Below are positions 17,379-27,981 of a stretch of DNA of 64,000 nucleotides, piece by piece (positions within the stretch are counted from its first letter, which is position 1; each line of letters starts with the position of its first letter). Source of the stretch: an uncultured Bacteroidota bacterium (GTDB taxonomy: Bacteria > Bacteroidota > Bacteroidia > AKYH767-A > 2013-40CM-41-45); NCBI GenBank assembly GCA_963775555.1, contig CAVZJJ010000002.1:578889-642888 (forward strand). Reading direction: 5' to 3'. Under the pieces are notes generated by a model, which was given only the letters and a program-made list of their open reading frames with translations, did not search any database and was not told where the DNA came from. The translations under genes and the position numbers were made by a program.

Positions 17379-19454
17379 TTATTCTCCAGAAACGATCAGT
17401 TTTCTTACGTGAAATTTATTGTTCACGATCAGTTTGATCAGATATATTCCGGGAGTGTTCACTTGAACCGGATATTCATATAAACCGGAAGAGAGCGTCT
17501 CCTCGGTAACAGTGCTTACAAGACGACCGGTGAGGTCGGTAACCTGGATACTTACCGGCACTGTTTTGGAAAGCTTAAACTGTACGTTGGTGATTCCCGC
17601 GCTTGGATTCGGATAGAGAGCAAATCCAAGATCAATAGCTTCTATTTCGTCCACATTCACGATAGTACCGGTGATGTTGATGTTATCAACATATGTGTTA
17701 TTCCCCCTGTCACTTAAATTTTTGAATTTGAAACGAACACGCGGTTTAAGAGCATAAGGATTCATTGAAATAGTTGTCATTGCCCATTGGCTCGTGCTGC
17801 TTGGAATAAAGCTTATGGATGTAATACCGGCTGTTGAAAGAGCTGCACCACTTCGGGTCCAGCGGTTGGACCACAATTGTCCGCAGTTGCTGGTAGCCCA
17901 AACAGATAATTCATCGGAGGACGTACTGCTTCTTTGCGCGTTAGCATAGTAGAAGGTCATAGTTACCGGGAAATCGATATTGGACATATCAAAAGAAGGC
18001 GTTACCCATTCGTCAATCTCATGAGCCACGTTACTGTAGTTGTTGATTCGGATCGAACCTGTTCCGGCATAGGCGATACCTGTAACACGTGTCCAGGCCT
18101 GTCCATTGTCAGGATTCAATACATATCCATCAACACCCGGGAAAGAAGTAATGGTGTCGAAGGATTCAAAATACGGAGCCGACAAAGTTGCGGGACCTGA
18201 AACGTAAACATAACTTACCCTGGTCAAGGTATCGCTGCCTGCAGAATTCGATGATGCAAAGAGAACATCATAAATACCTGCAGTAGGATAGGTAACTACC
18301 GGCATGGAATCGGTGGAAGTACTTGGAACACCACCGGGGAATTCCCAATACCAGCTGGTTGCTTTTCCATTCCAGGAAATATCATTGAATGTAATGTTAC
18401 CACCTTCACAAACCTCTTTCCGGTTTGTACTGAAATCGGCATTTGGTACACAAACGTTGATCGGGGATCCATCGGTTCCTGTAGCTATTAAATTAGAATT
18501 TGTCCATAAATTATTTCTTCCACTGGCACCTGAATTCAATGCGGCAAACATCCGGGTTTTCTGTCCTTCTGTGAACATTACATCACAGTAGGAATAGTCC
18601 ATAAAATTCTGATAGTTTTCTATAATCGGAGGGTTACATACTTGTGCAGAGGCAGGAGTCTGGCAATGAGAAAATCCCATGGTAATGGGGGTGTCACCTA
18701 CAAAATCGTCACCACAAACGGTTCCTACTTCATTACCGCTGCCCCAGGGATGTAAAAGATTCATTACGTGTCCAAGTTCATGGGTAAGTGTTCTGCTATT
18801 ATTTGGTGTGCTTGTTCCAATGCTGCCTACATAGCTGTGCCATGCTAATATTCCGTCGTTAGTATTCGAAGTAGTTCCAGGTAAAAAGGCATAAGCTGCT
18901 GCTCCTGATCTTTCAAGATTGCTTGCCACCCAAATGTTTACATATTTTTGATTGGGCCATGGGTTTAATTTTGATTGATCGTTTGCATTGTAAGTCAGGT
19001 TTGTCACGATGCGATCAATTCCATTCGTGCAATTTCCATTCGGGTCTATGTTAGCCAGGCGGAATTCCATCTGACAATCGGTTGCAATTCCTGTAAAAGC
19101 AGAAATGATCTGATTGGTATCGGCATTCATCTTACTGTAGTCTTCGTTAATTACCCGGATGGCATCGATTACCTGGGCATCCGAAATGTTTTCCGGTCCG
19201 TAGTTGTGAAGAATATGGAAGACGACAGGAATGATGTAGATAGGAGTACCAGAAGCATTCACTCTCTGTAAGGATTGACGTTGTGCGAAGTCTCTTGTAA
19301 AGTCTTCCAGTTGCTGACGTACACGCAGTATATCCGGATTGTTGCGGATGGCTTCCTGGTACATTTCATCGGTGTAGCAACGAGCATCATGTTGAGCCGA
19401 TACAATGTTGCCGATGAATAAGGTCAGCAACAACGATAGTAGTATTTTCTTCAT
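17379..19454 (-). CDS. M43 family zinc metalloprotease with PKD-like and additional beta-sandwich domains and a T9SS sorting domain
   Basis: 691-aa ORF with a signal peptide. It has HELGHVMNLLHPWG plus FMDYSYC (M43B pattern), a PKD-like segment (FSTNRKEVCEGGNITFNDISWNG...WYWEFPGG) and a C-terminus of LYPNPSAGIT...GIYLIKLIV. Confidence 0.85.
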   Translation of the reverse strand: MKKILLSLLLTLFIGNIVSAQHDARCYTDEMYQEAIRNNPDILRVRQQLEDFTRDFAQRQSLQRVNASGTPIYIIPVVFHILHNYGPENISDAQVIDAIRVINEDYSKMNADTNQIISAFTGIATDCQMEFRLANIDPNGNCTNGIDRIVTNLTYNANDQSKLNPWPNQKYVNIWVASNLERSGAAAYAFLPGTTSNTNDGILAWHSYVGSIGTSTPNNSRTLTHELGHVMNLLHPWGSGNEVGTVCGDDFVGDTPITMGFSHCQTPASAQVCNPPIIENYQNFMDYSYCDVMFTEGQKTRMFAALNSGASGRNNLWTNSNLIATGTDGSPINVCVPNADFSTNRKEVCEGGNITFNDISWNGKATSWYWEFPGGVPSTSTDSMPVVTYPTAGIYDVLFASSNSAGSDTLTRVSYVYVSGPATLSAPYFESFDTITSFPGVDGYVLNPDNGQAWTRVTGIAYAGTGSIRINNYSNVAHEIDEWVTPSFDMSNIDFPVTMTFYYANAQRSSTSSDELSVWATSNCGQLWSNRWTRSGAALSTAGITSISFIPSSTSQWAMTTISMNPYALKPRVRFKFKNLSDRGNNTYVDNINITGTIVNVDEIEAIDLGFALYPNPSAGITNVQFKLSKTVPVSIQVTDLTGRLVSTVTEETLSSGLYEYPVQVNTPGIYLIKLIVNNKFHVRKLIVSGE

Positions 19455-19628
19455 GAAAGGGTGTTTTTTAATATCTGTTTGGGGGATTGTATTAAGTATA
19501 CAAAGATACTTAAACTTTTAAAATTTTGCCAGATAACTGCGCATTTGACATTCGCCTGACTTATAAAGATCGACCCTATAAACAAAGCAAATTCTCTTAA
19601 AAAGTGATCAAAAGCGGGGAAACGTCGC

Positions 19629-20780
19629 TTATCCGATGGCTTGCCTCAGATCCTCTAACAAATCTTTAACATCTTCAATTCCCACACTCAATCGCAACAA
19701 AGAGTCAAGCACTCCGGCTTTTTCGCGAATTTCTTTTGGAATGGAGGCATGAGTCATACTTGCCGGATGGCCAATGAGCGATTCAACACCACCTAAAGAT
19801 TCTGCCAATGAGAAAACTTTTGTTCGTGATGCCATTGCAAAAGCATCTTCTTTAGAATTTCCTTTGAGCGTGAAGGAGATCATACCGCCAAAGTCGCGCA
19901 TTTGTTTTTTCGCGATTTCATGATTTGGATGATCAATAAAACCCGGCCAATATACCTTGTCAACTTTAGGGTGAGCGCGGAGGAATTCCGCTACTGCTCT
20001 TCCATTAGTACAATGGCGATCCATTCTTACATGGAGTGTTTTTATTCCACGTAAAACAAGAAAACTATCCATAGGTCCCGGAGTAGCACCACAGGAATTT
20101 GCGATAAAGGCAAGTTCTTCGTATAATTTGTCGTCGTTGGTGCATAGGGCGCCAAGGACCACATCGGAATGTCCGCCGAGGTATTTGGTGGCTGAGTGTG
20201 TAACAATATGAGCTCCCAGATCGAGAGGATTTTGCAGGTAAGGAGAGGCAAAAGTATTGTCCACCACCAGGATTAGTTTGTGCTCCTTTGCGACGGAGGC
20301 GCAGGCCTGTATATCAATAATTTTCATGAGTGGATTGGTAGGAGTTTCCACCCACATCATTTTTGTTTTTGGTGTAATGTTTTTTTTCACTTCCACCATG
20401 TCGTGCATGTTCACGAATTTGAAAACAATGCCGAATGGTTCAAATACTTTCGTAAACATACGGTAAGATCCTCCATAGAGATCATCGGTCGCTATTACTT
20501 CATCGCCGGGGCGCAGTAGTTTGATGATCGCGTCTTCCGCACCTTGTCCACTGGAAAAGCACAATCCGTGTTTCGCGTTTTCAAGTGAGGCAATACATTT
20601 TTCAAGGGCCACACGTGTTGGATTCTTTCCACGTGCGTAGGCATATCCTTTGTGCTTCCCCGGACTTTCCTGTACATAGGTCGAAGTCTGGTAAATTGGC
20701 GTCATGATGGCGCCGGTGCTGGGGTCTGGTTCCTGACCGGCATGGATAGCCCGGGTCCCGAATTCCTGATTTTCGTTCAT
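19629..20780 (-). CDS. PLP-dependent trans-sulfuration enzyme (cystathionine gamma-synthase / gamma-lyase / beta-lyase family)
   Basis: 383-aa ORF. FGTRAIHAGQEPDP at the N-terminus, the PLP-lysine region HSATKYLGGHSD, and the C-terminal LRLSVGIED are all typical of the Cys/Met metabolism PLP family. The exact reaction cannot be assigned from sequence alone. Confidence 0.85.
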   Translation of the reverse strand: MNENQEFGTRAIHAGQEPDPSTGAIMTPIYQTSTYVQESPGKHKGYAYARGKNPTRVALEKCIASLENAKHGLCFSSGQGAEDAIIKLLRPGDEVIATDDLYGGSYRMFTKVFEPFGIVFKFVNMHDMVEVKKNITPKTKMMWVETPTNPLMKIIDIQACASVAKEHKLILVVDNTFASPYLQNPLDLGAHIVTHSATKYLGGHSDVVLGALCTNDDKLYEELAFIANSCGATPGPMDSFLVLRGIKTLHVRMDRHCTNGRAVAEFLRAHPKVDKVYWPGFIDHPNHEIAKKQMRDFGGMISFTLKGNSKEDAFAMASRTKVFSLAESLGGVESLIGHPASMTHASIPKEIREKAGVLDSLLRLSVGIEDVKDLLEDLRQAIG

Positions 20781-20903
20781 GGGGATAAAGTTAAGGGAAT
20801 TTATTTATTCGAAGGGGAAGGAGAAAGCAGGTTATAAAAAAGAAGCACAACCAATAAAAATAATTTATTGTCTGATCTTCATTGGTTTCGGCCTTTCTTT
20901 TTT

Positions 20904-21476
20904 TTAGCGGTAGAAATTCATTTCGTCAATGTAGTTCCAGGCTGATTCAGGAAGCATATAACGGACATCTTTTTTTGACTTTATTGCTTCACGAATAAAT
21001 GTAGATGACAGTTCCATCTGCGGGGCCTCGACGATTTTCACCTTAGGATGTTGAAGCAAGGGACCTCCTTCAGAGCCTTTTCTCGGATATACATACAATT
21101 CGTTGTGTTCGAGAATTTGCTCGTAATTTTTCCATTTATGGAATGTTTCCAGGTTGTCGCTTCCAAGGATTAGAACAAATTCATGCTCCGGAAATTTTTC
21201 GTGTAGATGAGCAAGCGTGTGAATTGTGTAGCTTGGTTTTGTAAGTTTAAATTCGATATCGCTTGCCTTAATTTTCCGGTTGTCGCCAATGGCAATTTTT
21301 ACCAGTGACAATCGGTGATGATCCTGTAAAAGTGTTTGTTTTAGTTTGTGTGGATTGTGCGGAGAAACGACCAGCCATACCTGGTTCAGGTCACTGAATT
21401 CCGCCAAATATCCGGCGATAATCAGGTGTCCGCAATGAATGGGATTAAAGGAACCAAAAAATAAACCAATTTTCAT
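20904..21476 (-). CDS. nadD: Nicotinate-nucleotide adenylyltransferase
   Basis: 190-aa ORF with GLFFGSFNPIHCGHL (the HxGH nucleotidyltransferase motif) and a C-terminal ISST-like ELSSTFIRE. Confidence 0.9.
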   Translation of the reverse strand: MKIGLFFGSFNPIHCGHLIIAGYLAEFSDLNQVWLVVSPHNPHKLKQTLLQDHHRLSLVKIAIGDNRKIKASDIEFKLTKPSYTIHTLAHLHEKFPEHEFVLILGSDNLETFHKWKNYEQILEHNELYVYPRKGSEGGPLLQHPKVKIVEAPQMELSSTFIREAIKSKKDVRYMLPESAWNYIDEMNFYR

Positions 21477-21563
21477 TTTTGTTTTATCCTCAAATTAGCG
21501 TAACGAATTTTTTCGTCAGTAGGGCTTTTCTTTATCATTACCTAAGGAAAAACCCAGATACTA

Positions 21564-22145
21564 TTATACCAGCTGTTGCAAAAAATCCTCTGTGATCTTT
21601 TCAGCTTCCTGAAGTGCATTATTCAGTTGGTCGTTTATGATGACTTTGTCGAAACGGAAAGCATAGGTGAGCTCATGTTCCGATTTAGCTATTCTAGCTT
21701 TGTAGGAAGCAGGCGTTTCTGAATTTCTTGACTGTAATCTTTGATGGAGTTCTTCAACAGAAGGCGGCATTACGAATACAGAGAGCAGGCGGTCGCCAAA
21801 TATTTTTTTGATCTTCAGTCCTCCTTCCACATCCACATCAAAAACAGCTACGGTATTTTTCAACCAGATTTTTTCAATTTCAGCTTTAAGCGTACCGTAA
21901 AAGCGATCCGTGTACACCTCCTCCCATTCAACAAATTCGTTTGCAGCAATTCTCTTCTTAAAATCTTCAAGGGTTAAGAAATGATAATCAACGCCGTCTG
22001 TCTCATTTGATCGTATGGGTCGTGTTGTTGCTGATACGGAAAATGAAAGGCGCGGATATTTTTTCAGCAAATGGTGAACGATTGTTGTTTTACCACTCCC
22101 GGAAGGTCCGCAGAACAAAAGCAATTTTCCAGTAATGTCCATCAT
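21564..22145 (-). CDS. gmk: Guanylate kinase
   Basis: 193-aa ORF with P-loop GPSGSGKTT, TTRPIRSNETDGVDYHF and FVEWEEVY. Its start overlaps the yicC stop by 4 nt. Confidence 0.93.
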   Translation of the reverse strand: MMDITGKLLLFCGPSGSGKTTIVHHLLKKYPRLSFSVSATTRPIRSNETDGVDYHFLTLEDFKKRIAANEFVEWEEVYTDRFYGTLKAEIEKIWLKNTVAVFDVDVEGGLKIKKIFGDRLLSVFVMPPSVEELHQRLQSRNSETPASYKARIAKSEHELTYAFRFDKVIINDQLNNALQEAEKITEDFLQQLV

Positions 22146-23014
22146 AGAATATTCAGCAGCAATTCTTTTATCTTTTCCAAGTCATCCTTCAGGTTCACAA
22201 CAATCTTTTGCATCTCTGCATCATTCGCTTTCGATCCGATGGTGTTGATTTCCCGACCTATTTCCTGGGAAATAAAAGCAAGTTTTTTTCCGTTTGAACT
22301 GTCAGAGCGAAGGGTCTCGAGAAAATAATTGCAGTGTGTACGCAGGCGTACTTTTTCTTCAGAGACGTCGTATTTTTCCACATAGAAGATTAACTCTTGT
22401 TCGAACCGGTTTCGGTCGATATTTTGTGACGAGATAAATTCTTCCAGACTTGACTTTAGTTTTTTTCTTACCTGTTCTATTCTTCCCGGCTCAAATTTCT
22501 CCAGTTCGACAACTTTTTGGGATATGGATCCGATCCGATCCTCCAGGTCTCTTTGCATGGAAGCACCTTCAGCCAGCCGGAAGGAGTGGAAAGCCTTAAG
22601 TCCATCTTCCATAGCCACTTTTACCTGCTGCCATTCTTCATCCGATACTGTTTGTTTTTCATTGCTCATCACTTCAGGGAGACTCAGGACGATACGCAGC
22701 AAATCAGATTCTCCGGTATGGAAATCTTTCTGAATGGTTTTCAATTCATCAAAATAGGACTTGAACAAGGATGTGTTTATGCTGGTCTTTTTGGAGGCTT
22801 CCGGGGAGTCAAGAGTGATTGAGAAGTCGACTTTCCCTCTTTCAATGGCTCGGGATAATTCAGCACGCAGTTCGAATTCCTTCTCCCGGTAGAGCGCCGG
22901 AAGGCGCAGCATCAGGTCAAAGATTTTGCTGTTCACCGATTTTATCTCGACGGTGATGGTTTTATTAAGGTATGCGGCAGTTGCTGTGCCGAAGCCAGTC
23001 ATGGAACGGATCAT
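22142..23014 (-). CDS. yicC: YicC family stress-induced protein
   Basis: 290-aa ORF with the MIRSMTGFG N-terminus, a C-terminal EIGREINTIGSKAND...KEQ-like region, and conserved yicC-gmk synteny. Confidence 0.88.
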   Translation of the reverse strand: MIRSMTGFGTATAAYLNKTITVEIKSVNSKIFDLMLRLPALYREKEFELRAELSRAIERGKVDFSITLDSPEASKKTSINTSLFKSYFDELKTIQKDFHTGESDLLRIVLSLPEVMSNEKQTVSDEEWQQVKVAMEDGLKAFHSFRLAEGASMQRDLEDRIGSISQKVVELEKFEPGRIEQVRKKLKSSLEEFISSQNIDRNRFEQELIFYVEKYDVSEEKVRLRTHCNYFLETLRSDSSNGKKLAFISQEIGREINTIGSKANDAEMQKIVVNLKDDLEKIKELLLNIL

Positions 23015-23047
23015 AGAATTAATTTGAAAAGGATGGACAAAATTAGT

Positions 23048-23944
23048 TTAAGATTCCGGCTTCACAAGCATCCTCCTGTTCACCAGGTAAACTCCTGAAA
23101 AAATCAGGATGCAAGCGATTATTTGAACCGAGTTCACCATTTCGTGTGTGATAAAACGGGAAATAAGTGTTGCAAAAAGGGGTTGTAAGTAAATGTAATA
23201 ACTCACAATGGATGGACTGAGGTGTTTTAGTCCAAAAGTGTTGAGAAGATAGGCGGCGAAGGTGGTGAAGAGTAAGACGAATACTACCGAAAACCATGCT
23301 GATGCAGGAAATTCGGACCATTTTACCCCTTGTAATCCGGGCGCTCCAAATGGGATTACAAAAAGTGTCCCAAAGATGAATGTCCATTTAATCACCTGGA
23401 TGGTACCGTATTTTTTCATCATGGGCTTTGCCCTTACCATAAACAGAGCATAGGATGCAGCATTCAGCAATACCATCATATCGCCTAAAGCAGTAGGTGC
23501 GCCACTGGCATTTTTATATTGCAAAATCAAGGTCACGGCCCCTGAAAGGCCAAGAAGTATTCCGATACTTTGGATGACATTTAAACGGTCTTTCAGCAGG
23601 ATAAAAGCCATCCCGCTTACTAAAATCGGTGTTGATGTCATGATCAGTGCTGCATTTATATTTGAAGTACGGCTCAGACCTTCGAAGAAAAGCAATTGAT
23701 TGATGGCCACTCCAAATAATCCGAGTTGAACAAAACGGAAAATGTCCTTTCTTTCCAATCCTCTGATTGAAGGAGATGCGCGATCCAAAATGATAAAAAG
23801 CAGGGTGGCGAAAATAACACGTAGCATGATGAATCCGGAAGGACTCAGATAAACCGGCATGGCAAGCCGGGCAATGCTGAAGTTTGCACCGTAGATCAGA
23901 TTCGCAAAGAAAATGGCGGCATGCGCCTGTTTGCGCGCCTTCAT
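23048..23944 (-). CDS. EamA/DMT family transporter
   Basis: 298-aa ORF with ~10 hydrophobic helices in a two-fold EamA-like organisation. Its start overlaps the upstream ArsC-family gene stop by 4 nt. Confidence 0.8.
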   Translation of the reverse strand: MKARKQAHAAIFFANLIYGANFSIARLAMPVYLSPSGFIMLRVIFATLLFIILDRASPSIRGLERKDIFRFVQLGLFGVAINQLLFFEGLSRTSNINAALIMTSTPILVSGMAFILLKDRLNVIQSIGILLGLSGAVTLILQYKNASGAPTALGDMMVLLNAASYALFMVRAKPMMKKYGTIQVIKWTFIFGTLFVIPFGAPGLQGVKWSEFPASAWFSVVFVLLFTTFAAYLLNTFGLKHLSPSIVSYYIYLQPLFATLISRFITHEMVNSVQIIACILIFSGVYLVNRRMLVKPES

Positions 23945-24297
23945 TTTTTATGCAAGGCCACTTTAGCGGCAGCGACTACTTTCGCTGAATTACCTATGAA
24001 AACCTGATCATCCACCATAATTACCGGACGTTTCAGGAAGGTATATTCTTCAAGAATGTACTTCCGATAGTCTTTCTCCGATAGTTTCATTGTATTTAAG
24101 CCCATGCTCCGGTATTTCATGGCGACCCGGCTGAATAAGGCTTCATGACTTCCGGCTGCATTGACCATATCATCCAATTGTTTGGCCGTAATTTTTTCGG
24201 TTTTAATGTCTTGTAAAATGACATCCTTAGCAGGTTTCAGTTCTTTCAGGATGCGCTGACACGTGCTGCAAGTAGCAAGATGATAGATTTTTTTCAT
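23941..24297 (-). CDS. ArsC/Spx/YffB family (arsenate reductase-like thioredoxin-fold) protein
   Basis: 118-aa ORF. The N-terminal KIYHLATCSTCQR pattern, length and overall spacing are typical of the ArsC family. Confidence 0.75.
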   Translation of the reverse strand: MKKIYHLATCSTCQRILKELKPAKDVILQDIKTEKITAKQLDDMVNAAGSHEALFSRVAMKYRSMGLNTMKLSEKDYRKYILEEYTFLKRPVIMVDDQVFIGNSAKVVAAAKVALHKK

Positions 24298-24502
24298 GGG
24301 AATTGTACGGCAATGTTAGTGTTTTCCCTGAAATCGGCCATGTTGAGCATCAGAACCAATATACCGGGAATTATTACGAGATGGGGTGGTTTTTCTAATC
24401 ATGACCAGTGTGTAGGGAGCAAAATTAGGAAAGAAGTACAAATCCCTGCTTTTTACGAAACCGTATTTACCAGTATCCCGTAAACAATTATGAGGAATAC
24501 AC

Positions 24503-25948
24503 ATGAAGCCCATCGCAGCAAGAAGTGTACGTATTTTATTATTTCTGTTGCTTATTGTTTTTGGCAAGGCAGAGAAATTAACAGCATCCCATGCAACGGG
24601 TGCTGAACTTACCTATGAATGTCTGGGAGGGAATCAGTATAGACTTTACTATGCTTTATACAGAGATTGTGTCGGGATATCAGCGCCCGCCTCGGTCAAT
24701 ATAAATTATACATCTTCCTGCTTTCCGGGAGGCACCGTAAATCTTAGTCCTACACCTTTCAGTCCTACTCAAATTGCGCCCATTTGTCCTTCCTATAGCA
24801 CCACTTGTGAAGGTGGTACATATACCGGAATTGAAGAATGGATTTACACAGGAGTATTGACTTTGCCGGGTGGCTGTGCCGACTGGATTTTTTCGTATGC
24901 CGAATGTTGTCGTAATTCATCCATCACCACAGTGGCCAATGTAAGCAGCTATAACTTATATGTTTTCTCCTTGCTTAATAATTCGGACGGGAATTGCAAT
25001 AATTCATCCATATTCAGAAACCGACCGGTTCAATTTGTATGCGTAGGACAACAATTTTGTTTTAGCAATGGCGCTTTTGATATTGACGGGGATTCGCTCA
25101 GGTATCAACTCATCACACCATTGACAGCAACAGGAACTCCAATCTCCTATTATTTCCCGTATTCATATTCTCAACCGGTTATTTCTTCTCCTTCTGCTGT
25201 ATTCAATCCCATAAGTGGAGATTTATGCATCGTACCCACACAATCAGACGTATCCACATTTGCAGTATTGGTGAGTGAATACAGGAATGGAGTTCTTGTA
25301 GGGCAGGTGGAGCGTGATGTACAGATTGAAGTAAGAGCGTGCAATAATTTTATACCTGGTATGAGTGGGTTGAACGGGACATCGAGCTACTCTTCTGTTT
25401 TATGTGCAGGGTTCAGCTATGAATTTGATTTATTCAGTTCGGATTTTGATGCCGGACAGACAACCAGCATCAGCTGGGATTCAGGGATTTCCGGTGCGCT
25501 GTTGACGAATAGTGGGGGCTTGCGTGATACTGCGCACTTTACCTGGACTCCTTCCATTTCGGATATAAGTACAACTCCCTATTGTTTCACGGCAACAGTG
25601 AGGGATGATAACTGTCCATACCTTGGAACAAGGATTTACACGTATTGCCTTAGCGTCGTGGATGCTTCCAGCGCTGCATGTCTCACAAGTGAAATGAAGG
25701 AATCTTTATTTCCAAATTCTGTCAGCGTTTTTAAGCTTGGGAGCAGCAACCAATACCGTTTGGAATGGGAGAGCCGGTTAGCTTATTCACTTGTCCGGAT
25801 TTTTGATTCTGCCGGCAGGCAGGTCCGTGAAATTCTTGTGACCGGAAAACAGCAAACGAACCTGGATATGGAAAATCTCCAGAGCGGCATTTATCACATT
25901 TGCCTTGACGGGGAAGAACATTGGTGCAGCCGTCTTCTACGAGAATAG
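24503..25948 (+). CDS. Secreted Cys-rich Bacteroidota surface protein with a T9SS-type C-terminal domain
   Basis: 481-aa ORF with a signal peptide. The N-terminal SHATGAELTYECLGGNQYRLYYALYRDCVGISAP block recurs in gliding/T9SS-associated large proteins. The C-terminal ~80 aa (LFPNSVSV...SGIYHICL) is sorting-domain-like. Confidence 0.65.
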   Translation: MKPIAARSVRILLFLLLIVFGKAEKLTASHATGAELTYECLGGNQYRLYYALYRDCVGISAPASVNINYTSSCFPGGTVNLSPTPFSPTQIAPICPSYSTTCEGGTYTGIEEWIYTGVLTLPGGCADWIFSYAECCRNSSITTVANVSSYNLYVFSLLNNSDGNCNNSSIFRNRPVQFVCVGQQFCFSNGAFDIDGDSLRYQLITPLTATGTPISYYFPYSYSQPVISSPSAVFNPISGDLCIVPTQSDVSTFAVLVSEYRNGVLVGQVERDVQIEVRACNNFIPGMSGLNGTSSYSSVLCAGFSYEFDLFSSDFDAGQTTSISWDSGISGALLTNSGGLRDTAHFTWTPSISDISTTPYCFTATVRDDNCPYLGTRIYTYCLSVVDASSAACLTSEMKESLFPNSVSVFKLGSSNQYRLEWESRLAYSLVRIFDSAGRQVREILVTGKQQTNLDMENLQSGIYHICLDGEEHWCSRLLRE

Positions 25949-26074
25949 TCAGCTGACCGGGGCTTTCTCTGGGAGCTAAGCAAGAGGAAGCATTGGCGGT
26001 CTCAAGATATTTTCCAAAGCGCACGTGTTTTTTAATATATAGCTGCCTTTCATCAGATTCGCAAGGCCCTTTTC

Positions 26075-26863
26075 ATGGTATTTTACCAAAAAATGACTAA
26101 GTTTGAAGCCTATTCAATTCCCGTGGAAAAAGTATTTGAAATCAAACTCCCGCAGTTTGAAGGGCCATTTGACCTCTTGTTGTTTTTTATAGAACGAGAT
26201 GAGGTAGATATCCATCATATTGAGATATCGAAGATCACTAATGATTTTCTGGATTATATTCATCAGATGACAGAGCTCAATATCGAGCTTGCCAGTGAAT
26301 TCATCCTTGTGGCAGCAACGTTGATGCGGATTAAAGCCCGACTCTTATTGCCTCGTCCTGAAATTGATGATGAAGGAAATGAAGTTGATCCACGCAAAGA
26401 TTTAATTGAAAGACTCTTGTTGTACAAGCAATATAAAGAAGCTTGCGAAGAGATGCGTGTACATGGAAGAAGATCGTTCCATGAAATCGCAGCGCGGAAA
26501 CATACAACGTGAACTGGCAGAGATCGCAATGCAAAATTCTCAGGCAGAGGAAATGGTGAATCTTGTCTCTATACCAGTTGCTCAACACGTTTAACAAAGT
26601 GATGAAACGTTTTGAACTGGAGAAAAACAAGGTGCATCATAAAGTGGTTCAGTTTCCTTATACGATTGCTGAGCAAAAGGAATCAGTGACGAACGATGTT
26701 GCGTGGACGTGATAAGGTTGCCTTTCACGATATCATTTTTTCCTGTCAGAATAAAGTACAAGCCATTTTCACTTTCCTTGGAATTCTGGAGCTTTTACAA
26801 GAGCAGGTTGTCCGGATCACACTGGGAATTGGATTCAATAATTTCTGGCTCAGCGAAAGCTGA
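26075..26863 (+). pseudogene. scpA: Segregation and condensation protein A, disrupted by at least 3 frameshifts
   Basis: The N-terminal 145-aa ORF carries FEGPFDLLLFFIERDEVDIHHIEISKI...ASEFILVAATLMRIKARLLLP. The continuation is readable in other frames (MEEDRSMKSQRGNIQRE; LYQLLNTFNKVMKRFELEKNKVHHKVVQFPYTIAEQ; MLRGRDKVAFHDIIFSCQNKVQAIFTFLGILELLQEQVVRI...*). Confidence 0.85.
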
Positions 26864-26885
26864 TCGTTGATTCCTTTATTTCTTT

Positions 26886-27981
26886 ATGCAACCCGATAGC
26901 AGGCAACTTTTAAATACGTTCCGGCCTTCCCGGATTTTCTTGCCGATCATCATCGGATTGGGTGCTGCTACTTTTTACTCATTACGAAATTTTGACAAAG
27001 AAGCCTTTGAGAATATCCAATGGTCCTGGAACAGTTCGTTCTGGATTCTGATGGCTCTTGTTGATGATGGTGGTGCGGGATGGGGCCTATATGGTACGTA
27101 TCCGCGCTCTCACCGATGGTCAGCTGACCTGGAGAAATTCTTTCAATGTGATTATGCTTTGGGAGTTTGCTTCCGCACTTGCTCCGGGAATGCTGGGTGG
27201 TGGATTTATTTTCGCGATTTTTATTCTGAACAGAGAACGAATCAACATGGGCAGAAGCATCACTGCGATCATGTTGTCATCGTTTCAGGATGGAGTGTTT
27301 CTTGCAATCATGGCTCCCTTTGTATATTTTACTGTTGGGAGGGAGAAATTATTTTCAACCATTGATGTCGACAATATCAGTCCTGTTACTTTTGGTACAG
27401 GATTTTATTATTCTTTCTGGACAGTCTATTTTATCATACTGGCTTATAAAGTATTTGTTGCATATGCCCTCTTCATCAATCCAAGTTTTATTAAATGGTT
27501 GCTCATTAAATTGTTTTCTCTTCCGCTACTCAGACGCTGGAAACCTTCTGCATTGGAAACCGGAAATCAGTTGATTGTTGCTTCGAAAGGATTAAAGAAT
27601 AAGAGTAGAAAATTCTGGGTGCATTCTTTCGGGGGAACGTTTGTTTCCTGGACGGCCCGTTATACCATTGTGAACTGCCTGATCTTCGCTTTCCATGATG
27701 TACCGGTTGATCAGTTCATCGTTTTTGCCCGCCAAGTGGTGATGGGAATAATTATCCTGTTCAGTCCTACACCGGGTGGAAGCGGGCTGGCAGAATTTAT
27801 GTTCACGGATTTTCTGGGAGAGTTTATTCCGAAAGGATTATCGGCATCACTCGGATTCTTGTGGAGGCTTGTTTCCTATTATCCTTATCTGTTTATTGGA
27901 GCCATTTTACTTCCACGCTGGATTACGGAAACGTTTTTCAAAAGCAGAAGTGGAAGAGGTGCTGAAACTAAGGTTTATTAA
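26886..27981 (+). pseudogene. Lysylphosphatidylglycerol-synthase-TM-region (flippase-like, UPF0104) membrane protein, one frameshift near 27060
   Basis: Two overlapping ORFs (26886..27365 and 27058..27981) join into one multi-TM protein. The C-terminal PTPGGSGLAEFMFTDFLGEFIP is the family hallmark. Confidence 0.7.

Noticed and set aside
20781-20903. A possible SAM riboswitch or leader upstream of the trans-sulfuration (metB/metC-like) gene
   Set aside because: The 123-nt spacer is AT-rich and contains only one weak A/T hairpin (CAATAAA-AATAA-TTTATTG, about 20852-20870). It is too short and lacks the conserved GC-rich helices of SAM-I/SAM-II elements. The hairpin is more likely a weak nadD terminator.
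23043-23387. A 114-aa minus-strand ORF overlapping the 3' part of the EamA transporter gene in another frame
   Set aside because: The overlapping 298-aa ORF has a coherent 10-TM EamA architecture. The 114-aa product is compositionally odd and has no motif, so I treat it as spurious.
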